This document shows positions 57,973-64,000 of a stretch of 64,000 nt of DNA, piece by piece. The DNA is taken from the IMG/VR virus record IMGVR_UViG_3300021962_000022. One strand, written 5' to 3'. The translations under genes were made by a program, and so were the position numbers. The stretch's first letter is position 1. Every line of letters begins with the position of its first letter. Source of the stretch: a virus. Taxonomy: Duplodnaviria > Caudoviricetes. Below the pieces are notes generated by a model. That model did not search any database, was not told the DNA's origin, and saw nothing but the letters and a program-made list of their open reading frames with translations.

Positions 57973-59528
57973 TGAAAATAGTTGATATTGGTGTATGTAC
58001 CGAAAACAATGACCCTAAAGGATTAGGAAGAATTAGAGTAATAGATTACGATGATTATGTTGGTGGTAAGTCGAATATAAAAGAAGGTATAGAAAAGTGG
58101 AGTAAAGACGACCCATTTATCGCATCACCATTTTTACCAAACAATATAAATTTTATTCCTGAAGAAAAACAGGCGGTAAAAATAATACGTTATGACACTA
58201 AAAAAACAACCGTTAACCAAGAATATATTGCGGGCCCGTTTTCAACTAGATACGATTTTAATTCACAAGTATTTAACACACAAATATCTCAAACATCTTA
58301 CGGTGTGTCGGTTGAAGATAAAGCCGATATCATAAAAAATGAACAAGGGACTTTACCTGAAAATTGTAAGGACACACTATCTAAATACAAAGATTATTCT
58401 ATTAATGGTAAGTATGGTTCTGATGCCATCTTTACACAAGATGGTTTAGTATTAAGAGGTGGTAAACTCGTACAAAAAGACATTACAAGTAATCAAAATA
58501 AAGAACTTCTAATCAAAGGTTTCCCAATTGCATCAAATAAAGTTGCAAAACTACATTTAAAGAAATTCGGACCAAAACAATTCATCGTTGATGAAACAAA
58601 AATAGAAGAGATTACAGAAAACTCAAATCTTAAATTCATAATTGAATATGATGTTAATGACTTATCCAACCCAAATTATGTTAATTTTTATGTTTACCAA
58701 ATAAAACCAAACGTATCAAAAAAATATAATTCAAGTAATTTTACTGAATCAACTCAAACCATATCAGGTGAAACAGTTTTTTTGACCGAATCAGGCAATA
58801 CGTACACTTTTAGAAGTGAGTTAAATTCAATCACAGATTATAGTGGTGCAACATTAACAAAAAAGATTCAATTAATTTATCAAGAAATTAGAAATAAATT
58901 AAGTACAATACAGAGTAATGGATTTAGTGGTACGGTATCTTTTAAAATTTTGACGGATTTAATTGTCACTCAAAGTGATTCAAATATCTATCCATTTTTC
59001 TTTAGACCAACAGATGAATTTCAAAATAGAACTGTAACCACAACCGAAGCTGAAAATAGATTAAAAATATTCAACAATGTGAAATTACCGGGTTCAACAT
59101 CCAAATCTAGTTTAGTGTACAGTAAAGATAAAGTGAACCCAAATACGAGACAAGTAGAAAAAACGGTAAAGGTATTAAAAACCGATACCTCATCTGTTGA
59201 ACAAACTTTTGGAAACGTCACCGCGGATAAAATCTACTTATTATCAACTGAAACCAATTTTACCGATAAAAAAATTGATTTCCCTACACTTAACACATAC
59301 GAATATGAACAGTCTGATTATATTGAAAAAATCGACCCCAACACTTATTCGTTAGTTAGGGGGGAAATTCTATTGGATTTTATTGACGCTTTGTACAATA
59401 CATTTTTTGGTCACGTACATAATATCAACGAGCCATATGTAAAATCGGACCCAAATCACACTAAACTAGAATTACTTTATAATAAATTAAGGGAAGAATT
59501 GATAAACAAGTCCATTAAAATCAACTAA
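57972..59528 (+). CDS. Baseplate central spike (gp5/VgrG-like OB fold)
   Basis: GVCTENNDPKGLGRIRV N-terminus; C-terminal GHVH. Confidence 0.7.
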   Translation: MKIVDIGVCTENNDPKGLGRIRVIDYDDYVGGKSNIKEGIEKWSKDDPFIASPFLPNNINFIPEEKQAVKIIRYDTKKTTVNQEYIAGPFSTRYDFNSQVFNTQISQTSYGVSVEDKADIIKNEQGTLPENCKDTLSKYKDYSINGKYGSDAIFTQDGLVLRGGKLVQKDITSNQNKELLIKGFPIASNKVAKLHLKKFGPKQFIVDETKIEEITENSNLKFIIEYDVNDLSNPNYVNFYVYQIKPNVSKKYNSSNFTESTQTISGETVFLTESGNTYTFRSELNSITDYSGATLTKKIQLIYQEIRNKLSTIQSNGFSGTVSFKILTDLIVTQSDSNIYPFFFRPTDEFQNRTVTTTEAENRLKIFNNVKLPGSTSKSSLVYSKDKVNPNTRQVEKTVKVLKTDTSSVEQTFGNVTADKIYLLSTETNFTDKKIDFPTLNTYEYEQSDYIEKIDPNTYSLVRGEILLDFIDALYNTFFGHVHNINEPYVKSDPNHTKLELLYNKLREELINKSIKIN

Positions 59529-59553
59529 AATGATATTTATATTATAAAAGGTA

Positions 59554-60927
59554 ATGTCATACTATCGCTCATATTTCTCTAAAAATAACACTATCATTGA
59601 AAATAGTAGGGTTAACACTGCAAAAAACCCAACAACAGAAATCTTTTATGGTGATGGATATTCAAGATTTATCTTTAAAGTTGATTTTAGTGATTTACAA
59701 AGTAAGGTAAATAATGGTGATTTGGTAATTACATCAGGTGCAACACATCATTTAAAAATGACCAATACGGTAATCGGGGACCCTAAATTGATAGGAGACA
59801 GTAAATCTAACGGAAAATACCGTGCGACATCATTCGATTTAATTCTTTTTACCGTACCACAATCATGGGATGAGGGTGTAGGTTATGATTACGAGTTCAC
59901 CTCTTACGATGATAATTTGGGTAATAAAATTTATGACACTCGAGCATCAAACTGGTACGATAGAACAACAACCACAGGTTGGACATATCCAGGAATTTAC
60001 ACAGGTGCAACAATACTACAAACAATACATTTTGACAATGGTAATGAAGACATCAATGTAAACATCACTAACTACGTTAATGGTATTATTCTTTCAGGTA
60101 ACACCAACCATGGATTAGGTTTGGCATTCACATCTGCATTCGAGTCGATAACCACCGGAGAGACACAACAATCAGTTGCGTTCTTCTCAAAATACACACA
60201 AACTTTTTTTGAACCATTTGTTGAATCGGTATTTGATGATAGAATAGATGACAATAGACATAATTTCATTGAAGAAAGATATAATAATCTATACCTATAC
60301 GTTACTAAAGGTTCCAATTTTTATAATTTAAATAGTAACCCTACGGTTGATATTTTAAACTCAAGTAGTGTTGCAATTTCGGGATTGACAGGTCTAACTA
60401 CCACAAGAATTAAAAAAGGTGTCTATAAAGTTAGATTTGGTCTAACGGGTCAATTATGTGACGGTAAGAGATTCTTCTATGATAGATGGAAAGGTTTATC
60501 CTTGGATGGAATATCAATAAGTAATGTGACTCAGAAATTTGTACCTAAACCATTCACATCGGGTTATAGTATTGGTACAAACCCAACAGAAACACAAAAC
60601 TATAAGATTCAATTCTCCGGTATAAAACAAAATGAAAAAATTATCAGAGGTGAATTGAAAAAGATTGTACTTTATTTAAAATCAATCGAACAATCAAGAA
60701 CTATATTATTCGACGATGTCTATTATAGAATTTTCGTAAAAGAAGGTAAAACAAATGTAATAGTCTATGATTGGACTAAAACCGATGTAACCAATGAAAA
60801 TTCATTCTACTTAGACACTTCTTATTTAATACCAAGAGAGTACTTTATTGAATTTAAGGCCAAAACGTACACTGAAGAGATATTTTATAATGATTACATC
60901 AAATTTGAAATATTATCAGAAAAATAA
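59554..60927 (+). CDS. Putative virion structural protein
   Basis: 457 aa beta-rich; SRFIFKVDF, QSWDEGVGYD; late motif upstream. Confidence 0.6.
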   Translation: MSYYRSYFSKNNTIIENSRVNTAKNPTTEIFYGDGYSRFIFKVDFSDLQSKVNNGDLVITSGATHHLKMTNTVIGDPKLIGDSKSNGKYRATSFDLILFTVPQSWDEGVGYDYEFTSYDDNLGNKIYDTRASNWYDRTTTTGWTYPGIYTGATILQTIHFDNGNEDINVNITNYVNGIILSGNTNHGLGLAFTSAFESITTGETQQSVAFFSKYTQTFFEPFVESVFDDRIDDNRHNFIEERYNNLYLYVTKGSNFYNLNSNPTVDILNSSSVAISGLTGLTTTRIKKGVYKVRFGLTGQLCDGKRFFYDRWKGLSLDGISISNVTQKFVPKPFTSGYSIGTNPTETQNYKIQFSGIKQNEKIIRGELKKIVLYLKSIEQSRTILFDDVYYRIFVKEGKTNVIVYDWTKTDVTNENSFYLDTSYLIPREYFIEFKAKTYTEEIFYNDYIKFEILSEK

Positions 60928-60941
60928 AAATATTTAATATT

Positions 60942-61373
60942 ATGGACAACTTAGACGGAATTATCAAAATGCAATTAAGTAACTACAAAGATGAAAAAGT
61001 TACTGAAAATTATATGTTCTTTAGTAACTTAAAACAGTTACATAGACAATGTCAAATGTTATTGGAATTAGACCCCTCAGTCGTTGAATCTATTATACAA
61101 AATGGACACGATTGGGCTGATGACCACATAGCAGTGGCTAAAGAAAATGTCGACCAAGTTTTTGATTTTATGATGAACACCACAAAAGAATCAATAAACG
61201 AGGCCAAATCTAATAAATTGTGTGCTAGAGGTGTCTCTGCTGCTAAATCAAAATTCAAAGTTTACCCAAGTGCTTATGCCAATGGATATGCTGTACAAGT
61301 CTGTAAAGGTAAAATAAAAGGTCTTGATGGAACAAAAAAATGTTCGGGTTCATATTGTAGTGGTAAAAAATAA
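60942..61373 (+). CDS. Two-module protein with basic Cys-containing C-terminus
   Basis: CARG..AAK.KFKVYPSAYAN...VC module after SINE. Confidence 0.75.
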   Translation: MDNLDGIIKMQLSNYKDEKVTENYMFFSNLKQLHRQCQMLLELDPSVVESIIQNGHDWADDHIAVAKENVDQVFDFMMNTTKESINEAKSNKLCARGVSAAKSKFKVYPSAYANGYAVQVCKGKIKGLDGTKKCSGSYCSGKK

Positions 61374-62470
61374 TGGATAAGAAAATAATTTGTGAAAATT
61401 GTGAGTGGGGATGGTTACTATCTGATGGTGGTGATGACCCATACTCATGTCACAAATGTGGTCATGATAATTCTGAAATTTACCTTACAAAAATTCACAT
61501 AAGTGAAGAAGACTTAATGTATGTTACGGAGTGTATTGAATCAGGTGAAGTCTTGAAAGAAGACCTCGCTAGATGGTTCAAAGAAAAATGGGTTGATGTT
61601 TCTCGTAAAATAGATGGTAAACATCCTCCATGTGGCAGAAAATCCGCGGACGGTGATAAGAGTAGAAAAGGTTATCCAAAATGTAGACCACTAAAAAAGG
61701 TTTCCAAAGACACACCCAAAATTGCATCTTCATATAGTAAAAAAGAAAAGAAATCTATGGTTTCTCAAAAAAGAAGGGCAGAGAAAAAAGACCCAAAACC
61801 CGGTACAGGAAATAAACCAACATTTACAAGATTTGATGAGAATATGATTAACAATATAACAATAAATGTAGATGAAATAATCGATACCTATAATCCACCT
61901 AAATTATGGATAGTATCGGAATCAAAAAATTTACTAAGTGAGGGATTACAGTATCATATTGAAAAAGAAAAACCATTAATTGAAAACATATATCGAGTTT
62001 ATTCTGAAAACTTTTTTAATCTATTCAACGAGTCAAGAGATTTATACAACAAAGGAGTTCTTATACTTGACGGTGAAGACTTAGATTTAATTAAAACAGA
62101 CATTGGGTTAACAGGTATCTATGAAGGTGAAGAAGTTTACTTAGACATTCCATTCATATTAAATGAAGAAGAGTATCTTGTTGAAGCTAAACACAGAGGT
62201 AAAAATGTAAAATTAAATAAACCATTTAGAACATCAGGTGGTCCTAAAAAATTCGCGGTTTATGTTAAAAATAGTAGTGGAAATGTTGTTAAAGTAACTT
62301 TCGGTGACCCAAATCTTAGAGTTAGGAACAATAATAGGGCGGCAGCGAAGTCATTTAGAGCTCGTCACAAATGTGACCAAAAGAAAGACAGAACAACTGC
62401 TGGATATTGGAGTTGTAACATCTCAAGATATAGAAAAGCTCTTGGTATCAAATCATCAAACCCTTGGTAA
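61373..62470 (+). CDS. Multi-module protein (Zn ribbon plus two basic Cys-containing modules)
   Basis: CENC..CHKC; WFKEKWVD..CGR..YPKCRP; KFAVYVK..FGDP..SFRARHKC..GYWSC. Confidence 0.8.
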   Translation: MDKKIICENCEWGWLLSDGGDDPYSCHKCGHDNSEIYLTKIHISEEDLMYVTECIESGEVLKEDLARWFKEKWVDVSRKIDGKHPPCGRKSADGDKSRKGYPKCRPLKKVSKDTPKIASSYSKKEKKSMVSQKRRAEKKDPKPGTGNKPTFTRFDENMINNITINVDEIIDTYNPPKLWIVSESKNLLSEGLQYHIEKEKPLIENIYRVYSENFFNLFNESRDLYNKGVLILDGEDLDLIKTDIGLTGIYEGEEVYLDIPFILNEEEYLVEAKHRGKNVKLNKPFRTSGGPKKFAVYVKNSSGNVVKVTFGDPNLRVRNNNRAAAKSFRARHKCDQKKDRTTAGYWSCNISRYRKALGIKSSNPW

Positions 62471-62766
62471 TGGATTTCCCATTCAAAGAAGAATTAAAAG
62501 AAGGATTTCATGTTAGAACATTCACCTCAGATTTAACTGAGATGGAATTGAAGTGGCATTTTGACAAAGAAGATAGGATTGTTATTTGTGAACATGACAC
62601 TGATTGGATGTTTCAAATGGATAATGAATTACCCATACAAATTAAAAAAAATACCCCCATTTTCATACATGAGGGTACTTATCACAGAATTATTAAAGGA
62701 ACAGGTGACTTAATTGTTAAAGTTAAAAAACTTAATAATAATACACCTGAACACCACACTCATTGA
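62470..62766 (+). CDS. Small cupin-like protein
   Basis: LKWH.DKEDR...FIHEGTYHRIIKG; ATG overlaps upstream stop. Confidence 0.6.
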   Translation: MDFPFKEELKEGFHVRTFTSDLTEMELKWHFDKEDRIVICEHDTDWMFQMDNELPIQIKKNTPIFIHEGTYHRIIKGTGDLIVKVKKLNNNTPEHHTH

Positions 62767-63172
62767 GAAGTTGTTGACTTTTCATCTGTGATTCCACCCA
62801 TTTCTCTTTGTTTTTAGTGGTACACTCGGTTTTACACCAAACCACTTTAATCCCCGAATTAACAATACCTCTTGCACAATCCATACAAGGTAATCCCGAA
62901 GTTAGATATATTGTGGAATTTTTAAGAGACACACCAATACGTGCTGCGTTGTAGATTGCATTACGTTCAGCGTGTTCAAACCAAAAGTATTTCTCAGGTC
63001 TTTCCTGACGTTCTTCTATGGTATCATCCAATCCTCTCGGAAATGAATTATAACCCGTAGAAAGTACCTCATTATCAACACCAACAATTACGGCACCAAT
63101 CTGTGTAGATTTATCTTTTGATTTTAGTTTTACTTGTTCGGCGATGTTTAAGAAATATTCGGTCCAATTCAT
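62732..63172 (-). CDS. dCMP deaminase
   Basis: GYNSFPRG, HAERNAI, PCMDC. Confidence 0.93.
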   Translation of the reverse strand: MNWTEYFLNIAEQVKLKSKDKSTQIGAVIVGVDNEVLSTGYNSFPRGLDDTIEERQERPEKYFWFEHAERNAIYNAARIGVSLKNSTIYLTSGLPCMDCARGIVNSGIKVVWCKTECTTKNKEKWVESQMKSQQLLNECGVQVYYY

Positions 63173-63519
63173 AATAGTTTTTGTTTAGAAATATAGTGTA
63201 TTCTGTCATTAGAATAAAGGTTCATTCGATATGCGATATTTTTTTCAACCAATTTACCCATTTCGATTAAATTGTTGGAGTCTCTTAAATCTATTCCAAC
63301 CATATAACCATCTGCGTGTTTTGTGTAGATTATAGGTCTAATATACTTGTCATTGTCGTCCATAACAAGATACTTTACCATTTCTTCTTTGGTTTGTTTA
63401 CATTCGATGTTTCGGGACTCAACTAAATTCTTTAAAACATCTAATCGTAATTTATTATAATCAATTGGTTCGTCTGATTTTAAACTATTAGCAATTTGTT
63501 TTTTAGTCATTTTACCCAT
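63169..63519 (-). CDS. Hypothetical protein with SAP/HeH-like helices
   Basis: YNKLRLDVLKNLVESRNIECKQTKEEMVKYL. Confidence 0.55.
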   Translation of the reverse strand: MGKMTKKQIANSLKSDEPIDYNKLRLDVLKNLVESRNIECKQTKEEMVKYLVMDDNDKYIRPIIYTKHADGYMVGIDLRDSNNLIEMGKLVEKNIAYRMNLYSNDRIHYISKQKLL

Positions 63520-63551
63520 AGAATATAAATATAGTTAAAATATTTGGCAAT

Positions 63552-63578
63552 AAAAAAGGGGGACTAATGTCCCCCTTT
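63552..63578 (-). terminator. Terminator after major capsid gene
   Basis: AAAGGGGGAC-ATTA-GTCCCCCTTT plus T-run. Confidence 0.9.
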
Positions 63579-63598
63579 CTATTATGAGATTGAAATGA

Positions 63599-64000
63599 TT
63601 ATCTCAAGGTGTCAAGACTGAATGTAGTCAAACCACCAACGTTAATCACACCAAAGTAACGGTTGTTAACCATTTTCTTAGCGTATCTTGTCATGATACC
63701 TTTGATTGGTGTAAAGTTGAATGGATTGTACATTGTAGGTGTCAATTGTAATGGAACGTATGGTGCGTAAATGTAACCAGCGTCCAACAATGATTTACCT
63801 TTGTGACCGATGATAACTTTACCAGCTGGTAAGTAAGGGTCACGGTAAACTTGATAACGACCTGCTAATGAACCGATTTTCTCGATACCCATGTTGTATT
63901 GGTCTTGCTCAGGGTTAGCGTTTGAAACGTGGAAGTATTCCAAGTCATCAAATACTGCAGATACCTCAGAAGATACAACAATCCAGTTAGCTCCACCTCT
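63599..64000 (-). CDS. Major capsid protein (gp23-like), 3' end only
   Basis: Frame open to right edge; RGGANWIV...DAGYIYAPYVPLQ...GIMTRY. Confidence 0.95.
   Translation of the reverse strand, partial: RGGANWIVVSSEVSAVFDDLEYFHVSNANPEQDQYNMGIEKIGSLAGRYQVYRDPYLPAGKVIIGHKGKSLLDAGYIYAPYVPLQLTPTMYNPFNFTPIKGIMTRYAKKMVNNRYFGVINVGGLTTFSLDTLR

Noticed and set aside
990-62516. Short antisense or nested ORFs in the track (e.g. 990-1172, 4070-4321, 6229-6582, 11100-11660, 14795-15232, 43229-43600, 47448-47939)
   Set aside because: Shadow frames of well-supported genes with no motifs or start signals
1-64000. Alternative genetic code (TAG/TGA recoding)
   Set aside because: Conserved genes are full length under the standard code and coding density is high

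Overview
64-kb AT-rich segment (roughly one-third GC, standard genetic code) of a large T4-like myophage (jumbo/huge-phage type); no host-chromosome genes were recognised. Left half, almost all minus strand: giant partial virion gene, baseplate wedge and gp25-like genes, a replication cluster (nrdA, nrdB, DnaB-like helicase, 5'-3' exonuclease, RecA/UvsX, SSB, Dps-like protein), two very large hub proteins, tape measure, tail chaperone, tube, sheath and neck genes. Right half: SNF2 helicase, family B DNA polymerase, putative head-internal proteins, a glycosyltransferase/dUTPase/PhoH cluster with two apparently degenerate nucleotidase folds, a gp55-like sigma factor, a spike gene, dCMP deaminase and the 3' end of the major capsid gene. 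Most notable: the 330-bp sheath/tube intergenic region holds a promoter-like element, 8 clustered CTAG motifs, a 39-bp pure A/T tract and a 15/16 match to the bacterial chromosomal parS consensus, suggesting an origin plus host-ParB loading site. Also notable: a probable +1/-2 tail-chaperone frameshift at UUU UUU CGU C, a possible pseudoknotted RNA after nrdA, a TATTTAT(A/T) motif before late genes, apparent GATC avoidance, a 47-aa-repeat protein beside a stand-alone WYL protein, and basic Cys-rich modules flanked by protease-like [IL]xE sites. Product calls come from motif recognition and gene order only; no database searches were run.
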